A stretch of DNA of 64,000 bases from Felis catus (taxonomy: Eukaryota). The stretch's first letter is position 1. Each line of letters starts with the position of its first letter. Location of the stretch: positions 116,562,001 through 116,626,000 of the forward strand of contig NC_058373.1 of NCBI RefSeq assembly GCF_018350175.1. Direction: 5' to 3'. This document shows positions 21,862-34,367 of the stretch, one piece after another. The position numbers were made by a program, and so were the translations under genes. The notes below the pieces were generated by a model, which was not told the DNA's origin, made no database searches, and saw only the letters and a list, made by a program, of their open reading frames with translations.

Positions 21862-23632
21862 GTCTGGAACTGTGTCTGGTCTATGTAGAAGCCCAGCGAA
21901 TATCTGTTACATGAAGGAAGAAAGGGAGGGAGGGAGGGAAGGAGGAAGTGGCAAAAGTTAAAAGATGAGTAAACAGAGGGACATTATTTGACTTGTTTTG
22001 GGGTGCCCTAGTGGTTTCTAGCCAGAACAGCAACTGCATGATGAAAAATACTGTACATTTTTAGTTTAAGATCGTTTGTAAATGTGTTACCTCACTGATA
22101 CATACCTTCCACACCGCAGTGTAGACAGGTCAAGTTTTAACAGTCTTTAATGTATGGGTGGCCTGGCCGAGGCTTAACTAGGTTCAGTGAGTGTGTGGTT
22201 TAACCAGACTTCAAACTCCACTCTTCTGAGTCCTAGTGCAGTACTTTGTGCCCACTGCATACATACCTCCCATCTGGTTTATGTTACGTGTGCACATACT
22301 TCCCTGTGAACACTTGTTGGCTCTTAGATATGGGTAGATACTAAACGCGATACACCGAATAAACATTTTTAACACAGAACTATTTAAAAATAGTAAAGGT
22401 CAGATCTGAAAGTTTGTTTTTAATTCAGTAATCAGACAGGAATGGGTACTGTAGCCAAGAAAGTTGTGTGTGTGGCTTCTCAAGCTGTTAGGATCTTCTG
22501 AATTACAGAAAGCACATAAAAATGTGAGTGAAAAGATAGTTTATGACAAGGTATGCATACATGGGTTTGAAACTGTCCCTCTGTATAACCATTTTATCTG
22601 TCAAACATTTGTTCCCTAGTAGGCATGTGTCATGATTTTCTGTTCTAGCACACGGAAAAATGTCTTGTTTCTTTCACAGAGGGAAAGTGACTTCAGCATA
22701 ATAACCCTCCAGTGCTTGAGTTACTGGATTTTGCGGCTTTCTTGTTTCTCAAGCTATTAAAATGGTTGGTTTTATTGTGCTTAACTTTTAAATAAAACCC
22801 TAAGGCAGATACTTTTGATATGATTCAGTTTCTTACGGCTAAAATGCTGCAGAGCAGTTGAGGTCAGTTTCTAGAGCATCAGTATGATGTTATGGAAACA
22901 TCTTCTTGGATAGAAGCCACCATTGATCACATCTGTATCTAAATCCTACTCTGCAGAGCCTAGTGTGTTAGTGAGGTATCAGTGCACAATAAATTCTTTA
23001 TGCAAGGTATTCAAATATTTGAATTTGTGAGAAACAACTGTAACTTACAGAAAATGGCAGTGTAATTGTAAGGTTTTCCCACAGTGAGAAGATACTGCAA
23101 AATATTTTGTTCACTGTTTCTCAATTAAAGACAATATACCATGAATTTGAAAAAAGTAATGCAAAAGTTAACTCAGCAAAAAATGTGTGTTTAGGTCTTT
23201 GTCACAGCAAAAGCCACCACTTAGATTTTAATTGATCTAAGCTGTAAACGAAGAAGTTAATTCTAATTTGTCTTGCATATATGGGAGATCATTCATAAGG
23301 AATTTTCTACAAAACCGCATGAATGTCATTATCCACCAGGTAGGCTAAGGGTTTAAGTGTGGATAACTCCTACACATACTTCACCTTCTGCTTGTAGAGC
23401 CTGGGGAATGCTAGGAATTCACAGAAGTGAATTCTTAACGCGACCGAACCTTACCCTTTCTGTGCCAACTTCCAGACTCCAGAGGCTTGCGGTGTCACAC
23501 CTGCTCTTCTTTCCCAACTGGGTGGCCTAGAATCTGAATAGATGGAGGACTGGAGGTCCTCCCTGCAGAAGGTGGTGGAATCTTGAATACGCTTAGTTCA
23601 CGAACAGCGGAAGACTGAGGGTTTATTTAGAA

Positions 23633-23705
23633 CAGCAGTTCCCAGCCCTGGCTGAACATCAGAATCATCTGAGGAGCTTTGGGGCCTTAAAGCTGCCCAG
23701 ACCCA
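23633..23705. mobile_element. MER5-like hAT fragment
   Basis: cagcagttcccagccctggctgaacatcagaatcatctgaggagcttt matches the MER5A start. Confidence 0.55.
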
Positions 23706-25394
23706 TCTGTTCCACACCAAAGTCTACCTACATTTCAGCTGTGATTTTAATTTCTCACTGAAGAGCTTTCTTGAATCTCTAATCATGGCGTGCCTTACAT
23801 TTTTTACCAGCGTACCTGCTGATCAATAGTGATTTCTGACGAATCTCCAAAGTACTCAGGAAGGTTTGTTTGTTTCAGAGACAGGGAGGCTTGGTAAAGG
23901 GTGAAATAGGGCAGGTTCCTCTGCAAGAAGTCCTGGGAGGAACAGAGCCCTAGGAGGTGGGTAGGTCATGGCAGCTGGAGAGAAGAGGGACAAGTAGGCC
24001 AAAGGTTGGAGCCTGTGAGGGGAGTGACAGAAGTGGGTTGTGCCAGGAGTCCTTCTGAGATGACTCAGGGGATGTGGGTTTGGCTCTCTGGAAATTGCGT
24101 ATCTTCGGAATTTGGATATTTCCCTTTTCCCATTCTTTGTCAGAACAAGGAAGAGACGTGATTGATGACCATTGCTCAGAGAACCTTTTTCTTCCCATTT
24201 GGATTGGTTTTAGGATAGTACTGTTGGTAGGAAGTCTGACATCTATTTTAAAGTGGTAGTTTTCTCCCACCACTGCTTTTATATTTTACATAGTCTTGGA
24301 TACACAAGGGTACTTTAAACTCCTGTTTCAGATTTCCGGGAGATTGCTGGAGACAAGCTGGATGCCTCATGTTTTGGAAGACTTGGTGTAGTTTCCTTCT
24401 TTTATTTGGTAGTAGCAGCCTTTGGTGGCGTACTTCTTAACTTGTTAACTGTAGACTAAGTTATCTATTAATTCCAAGGTGAACCTTTGTTGATAATAAT
24501 ATGCAGCTGTTATCAGAGCCCTTCCATTCCTAGGTTTGATATGCTGACTGCAGTGTGGTGTTGTTGGTGTGTGTATTTCATTGTTTGAAGGGCCCCGTTG
24601 AGAGTGTGAAAGGGAATTGATGTTCTGTGGAGTAGTGCTGTCACTGATGCTGGCTTCTGATTTCCTGGTATTAACCTGTAATCATGAGTCCCTTCACACC
24701 AGTTTTCAAGATGCAAAACAGTAGATCAGAGAATAAATGCACTTTTTTGGGAGGGTGGGAGCATTGTTTAGGGCTGAACCACATTGTTGAGGACTGAAAT
24801 CTGTTATCTGGCATTCCTCTGCTTTATAACATTTCACATAAAATATGACTGTGAAAAAAATAACAATCCAGAAGGCTTTTTTGATAAAGCCTGAAGATTT
24901 AAAATGTTACAGCACTTTCATTTCCCCCGCTGATTATGAGGATCTTTATTGTAGAAAATTGTGGAAACTACAATAGAATATAAAGAAGAAAATAAAGATC
25001 GCCAGTAATTCTGCAACTCAGCAATAACTGTTATTAACATTTAAACTATTTCCTTTCAGGGTTTTCTTGTGTATGTGTGTGTGGGAGGGGCGTGCATACT
25101 GTTTTTTATCCTGTTTATGAACTTAATATTATGAGCAGTTTCCCATATGAATAACTGTTCTTCAAAAGTATGGTTTTCATCGGTTGGTCTGTTGCCCAGA
25201 TATTTTCTTTACTTTGGATTTTTGGTGGAAACACCACTCAGAAGTTGGCTTGGACATCTTTTATTCCTCCACGATGCCTTTCCTTCCCAGAGTAAGTTGA
25301 AAAAATCTCCACTGAGATTCCACAGAATGTTGATTTCAACGGTCCTAGCATACCTACCATATCTTGCTTCATGTAATTTTTTGTGTACGCATCT

Positions 25395-25650
25395 AATTCT
25401 TCATCTAACATTTATTGAATCAGCCCTTCCTTTGTAACAGGTGCTATGCTGAGACCTCATAGTACGATGGTAATGGAAAGGAGATAAAAAGCAAAACACC
25501 GTCAGATAGTTTTGTGCCTGCGCCCAGGATATTGGCCCATGGGCTGGGGATACAAAGATATTATTCAGGTAATCACACAGTTGAATGTTAACTTGCAATT
25601 GTAAGGGTTTTTAAGGAGAGGTAAATGGTGCTTATGAGAACAGTTCAAAT
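25395..25650 (-). mobile_element. L2 3' fragment
   Basis: tcatctaacatttattgaat...caggtgctatgctgagac...aggagaggtaaatggtgcttatgagaac. Confidence 0.55.
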
Positions 25651-26259
25651 GAATAAAGACAAGGTGTGTTATTTGACCACAGATCTCATCTGATCCAGGT
25701 CTTAACTTTTATAAAGGTCTGTGCAACCAAGAAACACCTTGTCCACTCAGAGAGCCCAGTGTGGTTCAGTGCTCTGCTGTGGTTGAAGGGCACTTGGGTT
25801 CTTTGTGCTCCGCTCTGACCAACCCGTGTCCATTCTAAAGAGGGGCTCACGTTAGAGAAGATTTTAGAAAAGATTCCAAATATGGCCCAGTTAGAAAAAC
25901 TATAGCAAGTGCTTCTGAGGAAGGGAAGACAGGAGGAGGACATTTTAGTTGTTGTCCAATATGGAGCCATTTATCGAGGTGTATAGAAGAGATTCTGGTA
26001 GTTGATGGTAAGAAGTGAGACTATTCTGCTGGTTCCCTTTCCATTCTAAGATTCCACATTTTAAAGATTATCTGAAGCCATTCTTTATGTGGTTGGTACC
26101 GAGAGGACCCTGAGGTTGTTTTCAGCTTATGTAAATTTGGGTGTAGAGGAAGAGTGTCCACCCATCTCCCTGCCGAGTGACCCCTCCCATCTCCATCTTC
26201 CGGAAGTTTGAGGACCTGATGAGCTCCTGCAGGCAAACAGTATAGGAATTCTCATAACA

Positions 26260-26442
26260 CGTGGAAGAAGTCTGATTCCCTTAATATGGCAAAAGGCCAT
26301 CTTGCTTCCTATCTGACTCCTCTCTCCTTTCTCCGTCACTGAGCCTTGGTTGTTTCAGTGATGGGGAAATTTCTTATGTAAGGCAACTTTTGTCCTTTGG
26401 TGCCCTTACTGTTTCTTTTTCTTACACACTCCTCTCTTCTTG

Positions 26443-26483
<41 letters not shown>

Positions 26484-26730
26484 TAATTCCTTTTTTAGGA
26501 CCAGCTAAAGTTACCATCTGTAGAGTTTTTCTGGCTTCCTTAAGTTAGTCACTTTAGAACACATCCCTCTGTTATTATATTGCTGAAATTTTTTATTTAG
26601 TTGTTTAGCTTGTTCCTTTGGATTGTAAAGTATTTGGAACTATGTATTCTGTTTGACTTTTCAGTGCCTGAAAGGCACTCAATAAATGGCACACTCAGGG
26701 CATTCAGTAACTTTTGAGTGAATGAATATA
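26260..26730 (+). mobile_element. L2 3' fragment containing a 34-nt A run
   Basis: ccttaatatggcaaaaggcc, gattgtaaag, cagtgcctgaaaggcactcaataaatg and gagtgaatgaat terminus; A run 26445-26478. Confidence 0.6.
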
Positions 26731-27139
26731 ATTCCTCATTGGCTTTATTGTACTGTCCCTTATTGTGGCCTTACTGTACTTTACTGTACTGTACCTTATT
26801 GTGGCTTTGACATTTGACATCTGTGAGACAAATAGCTGAACTTTTGATTGGCTGATTAACACCTTAGAAGGTCAGGAGTACAGTTTTCTTGAACCCTTTA
26901 TTAAAAATGCCAACAGAGAGGATGTTGTTAATGTGGCGGGACATCCTCGTTTCCACAAAACCACTTTGTATCTCGGGTGACCTTTTAAACCTCCTTCAGA
27001 GTTATCAAATTGACCTGTTGCTAATGTAGCATTATGTATCAACTGTACTCAAAAATTTTTTTTAATTATAAAAAGGATAAAAAAAGGTTATTAAATTGTT
27101 GTAGTTATATTTTCAAGAAGAGCCACATCTTAGTTAGTG

Positions 27140-27961
27140 TGCTAGGTAGTTTTACCACAAACATTTTTCCTGCGTCACTCGTTGGCTGTAAGGTAGTTTT
27201 GGCGTCAGAGGTAAAATAATGAAAGATAAGAGAGGGATGTTAGAAAGGACATAATGAAACATGAAAAATTAGGTAAAATTCATTACTAATTGTTCCTTCT
27301 TTAAGAAGTATCAGTTTTCCAAATTCTAGGTCGCCTATTTTTACCCGGGTGCGTATTGCACTGTGAGAGCCTTCTACAATGTTGTTCATTCTCGGCATAT
27401 TGTGACATGTCCTTTGATAGTCCAGGGTTGTGTGGGAACCGGGGAAGAAATACTGATGTAATACTGCAACTAACAGAGCTTTATTGTTGTTGTAACCGAC
27501 GTGTTGTCATTTTCTGGTACAGCACAGTGTGCAGTCTGGCATTTCGCTCTTATTTCACACCTCCCGTTGGCTTTATCACCATATTTTCTATCAGGTTGGT
27601 GTCTGTAGTGATCATTGCTGTTCTAAGACCGCCATGGCTACTGGCCACCGTATAGACCGTTATGGGGGCTAGGTGACATTTACATAATAAAAAAGGAACT
27701 TTGTCAATGGAGAAATGAAAGCAAACTGACCACCAGCTTTCAGTACAGTAACTGTGCTGAAGGCGGTTGATTCTTCAATGGTGAAATGAAACCCAACTGT
27801 CAACCAGTTGTTCTATCTTAAATGAAACCAAACTGCCAACCAGTTACTCTGTTTTTTATGGAAATTGCCTTATGGCCAATTGTTTACGAGGTGAAAACAT
27901 GAAAGTGCTTGCAGCAAAGACGTCTGTGGCAAAGGTGCCCATGGTGAAAATACCAGACATG
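27140..27961. mobile_element. Unassigned TIR-bounded DNA transposon relic (MULE/MuDR-like architecture)
   Basis: Imperfect inverted ends (gtgctaggtagttttacc vs ggtgaaaataccagacatg), ~15-bp periodic subterminal repeats, three internal aaatgaaaNNaactgNcaaccag repeats. Confidence 0.5.
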
Positions 27962-28451
27962 CTTTATCAGGACAAAAAAGTGAGGCTGAGAGAAAATGGA
28001 AAATTACCGTTTTTTATTTTTATTTTTTGAATTCTAAAGAAGTGATAGGCATTTACAGAAAGGTGACATTAGAATTTGGGAGTGAAGGAAATCCGTACTA
28101 AGGTAAGTTCCAAAGAAAATTGTGTGTGCCCTGTGAGCAGCTCAGGAACATACCGTATTCTAATGCGGCATAGAGCTCCTAGTTGGCAAAGGCTGGTTTT
28201 TATAACCGACCATGCTCACGTGTACAGGAGTTGCTTCAAAAAGAGCTTGGCAGTTCATCAGCACCGGTAGTCTGGTTTTCCAGCGCTGATCAGACCCTGC
28301 AATATCTGATACGCTTAAACAGAAATTTCCGAACATTGACGTCTACTAGAAAATGACTTGTTAACAATGAGAAGTCTATTTCCAAGGGAACAAGTATTTC
28401 ATGCTGTGGTGAGAGAATCCTGTTCCCAGCTGGTACGTTCCCAGGGCAGGA

Positions 28452-28657
28452 TTGGTTTCTTCCGCTTTGGCCAGGTTTGCTTTAGGCCACTTCACTTTTA
28501 CGAAAGACCTGTGTTCATACCTGTTTTCGCTGTCTGAAAGACATCCAAAGAGGGTTTTTGCTTTCACGAAATGGAGATGACTTTTTCGCCTTGCGCCACT
28601 TCGGCTTACGAAAAGTTTCATGAGAAAGCTCTACTTCTGGGTAGCAGGGGAAACCTG
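28452..28657. mobile_element. Tigger-family (Tc1/mariner-pogo) MITE
   Basis: gccacttcacttttacgaaagacct...cttcggcttacgaaaagtttcat...gtagcaggggaaacctg resembles Tigger-derived MITE termini; CpG-rich relative to flanks. Confidence 0.7.
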
Positions 28658-29540
28658 CGTTCTCTCCAGAAAGCTTCCCGGTACGCGTGTGCATCAAGGC
28701 TGGCAAGGGTGGATAGCGTTGCTGATGCTCCTTTGGGCGGAGCGTAGGACTTGCTGCCCAAGTGTGTTCTTTGTTCCCTGCCAACATACCGTCCTAGATT
28801 TCTTCAAGTTGTTCTACTGGGCACGAATCCTTTTTCTCAGAGCTTCTGGCTGATTCCAATCAAAATAGGGTGTGCCTTCCCTTGCTATTCTAAAGAGCTT
28901 CAGTTCCTCTGTTTGTAAAATTATGTCGAATTCATTTCTAAATGTTGATTCATTAACTGGAACCCTCTGTAAGGGATTATTACTTTGTAGATAGTGGTTG
29001 TGTAAATCGGTTCAGTTCTTAGAATGTTGTGTTCTTAATCTCTTGTTCCATTGATGCACTCTCTGGACTTGATAATTGATACCCAGATTTTTGTTTATAA
29101 GAAAGAACTTTCTTACTTGAGAGACTTTCTCTGGTGGGACTGTCGTCTTCTATCCAAATCTGTTCTCTTATTCTCCACCTCCCCTAACCCTAACCTGTAT
29201 ACATCCTTTGTAAAATGTTCCTTAAAAATCAGCAGTGAATAAGATGACCTTTGTCCGTAAGCACACTATTTAATTGCATATTTGAATTTAATGATTTTGG
29301 GTTCAGGTTTGATTTAAGTAATGTGGATTCCTACTGCAAAAAAACCAAACATTTTAGATATTCCTGACACTTGTAGTTGAATAATATGCTCAAAGCACCT
29401 TCTATAGCTAATTTTCTTTTTGACTCATTAAGAGGACTTCACTTGATAGATAAGCAGTAATTAGAAAGATAGCTTAAAAAATTTGTAATTTATTTTGCTA
29501 CTACCTCAAAAGAGGAAAGTGTTAGAACTTCTTTAAAAAA

Positions 29541-29757
29541 TTCTTTCTTTTTTTTTTTTTTTTGAGAGTGAATGTGTGCCCACCCATATGTGCCTGTGGG
29601 CAGAGAAAGGGCAGAGGGAAAGGGAGAGAGAGAATCTTAAATGGGCTTCATGCTCAGCGGGAGTCTGAAGCAGGGCTTGATCTCATAACCGTGAGATCAT
29701 GACCCGAGCTGAAATCAAGAGTCGGGACACTTACCAACTGAGCCATCTAGGCGGCCC
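29541..29757 (-). mobile_element. CAN-SINE (older subfamily)
   Basis: Antisense body ending gagccatctaggcggccc; short TSD taaaaaatt. Confidence 0.9.
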
Positions 29758-29989
29758 TAAAAAATTATTTTTATGTGTTCAATTATGGGTACAAACTTTG
29801 GGGATATTAGTCATGTTTTATAATTGGGCTGCACTGTATAAGTATGAAAGAGAAAATACACGAGGGCATAATTATAGCCAAATGTGCAGTTATATTGGTC
29901 TCTTAGAGATGGAGCCTGAATAGGACCCTTGGGAAATTTTCCTGAAAAGAATCCTTGATGATCTATACTTTTATCAAATCTAAAAAATA

Positions 29990-30331
29990 CAGTTGACTTT
30001 TGAACAGTGTCAGGGTTAAGGATGCAGACCCCCTCCCCCCCCAGTTGAAAATCTGAGTATGAGTTTTGACTTTCCCAAAACTTTATTAATAGCCTGCTGT
30101 TGAGTGGAAGCCTTACCACTAACAAAAATAGCCAGTTAACACATATGTTGTATGTTATACATATTACATACTGTATTTTTACAATAAAATAAGCTAGGGA
30201 AAAGAGAATATTGCTAAGAAAATCGTAAGGAAAAGAAAATACATTTACAGTACTGTACTGTATTTATTGATAAAAATCCATGTATAAGTGGATCTGCACT
30301 GTTCAAACCTGTGTTATTCAAGGATCAACTG
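29990..30331. mobile_element. Tigger2a/MER28-like MITE
   Basis: TIRs cagttgacttttgaaca...tattcaaggatcaactg flanked by TA on both sides; interior matches recalled Tigger2 (aatagcctgctgttgagtggaagccttacc). Confidence 0.9.
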
Positions 30332-30694
30332 TAGACTTCTAATATTGTCAATAAAGTAGATTTAACGTAATAACAAAGAAAAGGAATCTTAATTTTGGCA
30401 ATTGCCTGAAATTGCCAGGCACAGAATATATGCAGGTTGTTTTGTTTTGGTTTCCAGAGGCCAGTCCCCTCGTTGAATTTTAGATAGGCCCGTGCTACGA
30501 TTGTTAATTCCTCCAACATGACGTAATGAGCCAGGCCTTGGATTGACATTTTAAAATGATTCAAGAGCTGTCCTGCTGTGGACTGCACTAGGATTCCTTT
30601 CACTAAGACCCCTCCCTTGGACTTTATCCCTAAGAACCAGACTGTGTGAGCACCAGGGTCATTTCCCGTGGCCCAGTGTGTGGAGAGATTTATA

Positions 30695-30895
30695 TTTATT
30701 AAGTACCAATTATGTGCTAGGTATTTGCTGGGTACTCTGTATATATTATTTCAGTTAAGCTTTTTACAACTTGAAGATTAAAGAATTAGTCTCTGCATTT
30801 CAGTCATGGAGTAGTAACTTGTCCAGGGACCCACTAAAGGTAATTACGTCTGAAACTTGGCGGAGCCCATGCTTTTTCCACTCTACTGTGATAAG
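30695..30895 (-). mobile_element. MIR
   Basis: tttattaagtaccaattatgtgctagg...agtaacttgtccagggacccac...tttccactctact. Confidence 0.65.
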
Positions 30896-31491
30896 CTGTA
30901 CTTGGGGAGGGGAACACAGTGGCTTAGAGAACATTTCCTGTTCCCTTTCCCCTAAGCTGCTGGGATCTCTTTTGGTATACATGAGCTAGGCCAACATGAT
31001 TATTAAAAACAATTACTCATTGATACACCAGCCATCTAGTCATCTATCCATTCATCCATGCATCTAACAGATATTTAGTGAGTACTTATTGTGTGCCAGG
31101 TGCTGTGTGAGAACCTGCAGATATGCTGGTTACCAAGTCCTCTCTGCCTTCATGAAGCTTGTACTCGATTATCCAAAGACTCATTATACAGTGAGTATGG
31201 GGGTGGGAGAGAGTGTCTGGGTTTCTCAGCCCGATATCAGTCTCATAGGAGGCCCTTAACAAGTGTGTTTCTTTTGCCCCCTTTCTTTTTACCTGATTTT
31301 TATGTGCCTGGTCAAATATTATCTCTTGTTTGTTCATTTATGGTTGTACTTTGAATTGTTGACTTGGATTTGTGTGTTTTTGTCAGTTCATTCAAGATCA
31401 GTCTGTTAATCTTTAGGAACCAGCATGTTCCTCAAAGCGATTTCATCTAAGTGGTCAGTTACTCTCATTTTGAATATTAAGAATGTGGTAT

Positions 31492-31745
31492 GGGGTACAA
31501 ACTTTCAGTTATAAGATGAGTAAGTTCTGAGGGTCTAATGTATATCGTGGTGACTATAGTTGATTAACACTATTGTTTAATTGAGAAGTTTTTTTTAAAA
31601 AAGAAGTAAATATGTGAAGTGATGCTTGTATTAATTAACTTGATGGAAGGAATCATTTCACAGTGTATACATACATCAAATCATCATGTGGTACACTGTA
31701 AATATCTTACAATTTTGTCTCTTATACCTCAAAGCTGGAAAAAAA
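31492..31745 (+). mobile_element. L1 3' end (L1MA/L1_Carn-like), 5'-truncated
   Basis: ggggtacaaactttcagttataagatgagtaagttctg...tatacatacatcaaatcatc...tatacctcaaagctggaaaaaaa. Confidence 0.88.
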
Positions 31746-33167
31746 GGCGGCATGATAAAAATAGTGTGATTTTTTTTTTTTTTTTTTTTTGCTGAAATGT
31801 TAGCTCTTTACTTCTTGTATAGACAATAAACCTAACTACATTGTATATACAAACTTCTATACTGTTTTCAGTATCGTTAATAATTTACCGTATGTTATAT
31901 TACGTGTCATTTTAAAAGGTTTATTATATTTTACAAGGTGAGATAATGAGTTAATGCCAAAACTCATTAACTGGAGCATGAAACTGAAGCTTCTGTTAGG
32001 AAATTCATTGAGCAAATGTTATTTATTACAGAGAATCTTGAGTTAATCTTATTTTTGTAAGGTTTCTTCTGTAGGTTATTTTGTATCTCTTGATAAATTT
32101 AAATTATCTACTGATAGATGCTCAAGTTAAGCTAGATGGACAGATGTCATAATGCCCATTTAGAGCTGACTGTTTCCTGAACTGGTCTCTGTGTGGCTGA
32201 TGGATGGTTTCAGACTATGTTGAAGATAAATATTAATAACCTCAAAGATCACTTGAATGTGACTTTGACCGAGATGTTATTTTTGAGAACAGTGTAGTTC
32301 ATTGTATGGTGGTGCAGTTTCTTATTTTGACTTCGATTCCATTTTTCTCAGTCATCACATCTCATTGTTTTCCAGGCGGTCTCTCCCAAACTCATTGATT
32401 GCTCTGTTCCCACTCTCCTGGAAAATTGCCGCAGCCTTGTTACTGGTATTTCTTTATTCATCACCCTTCCTCTTTCAGGCTCTCTTCCACATCACTGTTG
32501 AAGTTTCTTGGGGGGAAAAGGAAAAAATATGTATATGCACGTGTGTTTGCACACATACACAAAGGCACATTTGGTTCTGATTGTGACAGTCTCTCATGAA
32601 CCTTCGGTAGTTCCTCATTTCCTTGTTGCCTACAGGCAGGCAGAGCTCCTTAGCTGGTTGTTTAGAAACTTCGTGGAGTGGTTCCAGCTTTCCACCACTG
32701 ACCCCTGAGTCCTTCTTCTTGCCTTTCCAGTTGGTGCCAGCCAATGAATTACTTTCTTTGCAATTTGGTTGTTAGTGGTGCTTCGTTGGCATTATTTGCC
32801 ATGTATGGTATTCAGACTTTCTTTTGTCCAGATAGCCTTTTAAATGTAAAAGCCTCTATTTCCTCTTGGTTGAACACCTCACGCAGGGACATGAGGAGGG
32901 AATTCTCCAACTAAGGTAGCAGAGTTTGCTTTCTGTGCTTTATAAGGTGTGAAAATTTCCCACATAGATTATCTTTTTTTTTTTCTTGAAAGTCTTATGG
33001 CCTAAATGGAATTAAATAACTGAAATTTAATGTTAGTTTTTTAGAATAACTTGTTGAAGGCTGTTATTTTCCAATTTAGGCACTTTTTGGAAGTTCTAAA
33101 CTATTTCTCTACTATTATGTTTTTCAAATTCAGCATTAGAATTGTAGCATTTTCTTTTGCAATAATA

Positions 33168-33318
33168 TTTGTAACTATGTGAGGTGATGGATGTTAACTA
33201 AAATTATCATGCTGATCGTTTTGTAATATATACACATATCACATCATTAATGTTGTACATCTTAAACTAATACTATGTTATAGGTCAGTTAGATTTCAAT
33301 AAAACTGGGGGTAAAAAC
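33168..33318 (+). mobile_element. L1 3' terminal fragment
   Basis: gtaactatgtgaggtgatggatgttaact...tgttgtacatcttaaactaatac...caataaaactgggg. Confidence 0.85.
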
Positions 33319-34132
33319 CAAACACACGCAGTCACTCTGCTAGCCTACCTCTCCATGTACAATGAAAATGATCACAAAACTTCATAAGGCATTAGCACCA
33401 ACATGGATTTAAAAAAAAAAAAGCTTCGTTGGCCTGATAGAATTGCGAGTCATTCCTAGTTCATCTGAATGCTTCTCTGTATCTGAAGGTGAGTATTCAC
33501 ATTACAGTGACAACTCTGACATGCCCTGTGCCTATAACTGACACTACTAGGACGATGAGATTTACTAGTCATCTTTGTAATCACGTGATGATCGATCCCA
33601 CACAAGTTCACCGATGCCAGAAATGGTGGTGAGGGAGGGATCTGGGTCCCTGGCTATGAGGCCAAAGCTAGAGAAGACACTGAATGGATAGTAAAGCCAA
33701 TCCATGTCCTGTGGCTCTCAGGGACAATTTCCATATAGTCTTTAGAATTTAAGTGTTTCTTTGTATGAAATTTAATATTTAAAATGTGTTTCCACGATTT
33801 ATACTTTTGTTTACGCAGATGTCATGTGCATTGTAGCCTTTTCTGTCTTTCTTCTGTTTCGTCCCCCTAATTGCTTTTCCTCTCTCTTTCTCTTGACCAT
33901 TGGAAACTTACTTGTTCTTCCTTGATCCCATTGAGTTGATCTTACCAGTTTCATGTTGTTTCGCCATTTCTTGAAGTTGTACCTACCAACACTTTGGTTT
34001 TTACATGCCCTTCACCATGAGTTGGCTTGTAAACTTTTTGAGAGGAAAGTCTGCCGCTGGATCTTTGGAGCTCTGCAGTTTTTTGCTCAGAGCCTTATAT
34101 CCAATTGACGTTTGAGAAGTGTTTGAATTATA

Positions 34133-34349
34133 GGGGTGCCTGGGTGGCTCAGTGGGTTGGGCATCTGACTTCAGCTCAGGTCATGATCTCACAGTTTGTG
34201 GGTTCAAGCCCTGTGTCAAGCTCTGTGCTGACAGCTCAGAGCCTGGAACCTGCTTCGGGTTCTGTGTCTCCCTCTCAATCTGCCCCTTCCCTGCTTATGC
34301 TGTGTCTCCCTCTTAAAAAGGAATAAACATTAAAAACAATTTTTTTTAA
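34133..34349 (+). mobile_element. CAN-SINE (felid SINEC)
   Basis: Full body; perfect 18-bp TSD agaagtgtttgaattata at 34115-34132 and 34350-34367. Confidence 0.95.
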
Positions 34350-34367
34350 AGAAGTGTTTGAATTATA

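Larger units (their letters stand above)
21255..21925 (+). mobile_element. L2 3' end split by MER33
   Basis: taagcttcatgaggttaggaacttggttttgttc...cccagggtctagaa [MER33] gtctggaactgtgtctgg...gaatatctgttacatgaagg. Confidence 0.7.

Noticed and set aside
23415..23434. Perfect 8-bp hairpin gaattcac-agaa-gtgaattc
   Set aside because: Expected by chance at this window size; no supporting context
28040..28108. Possible exon ending at strong donor AAG|gtaagt
   Set aside because: Acceptor is a weak AAG separated from the T tract, all frames close; isolated consensus donors are common
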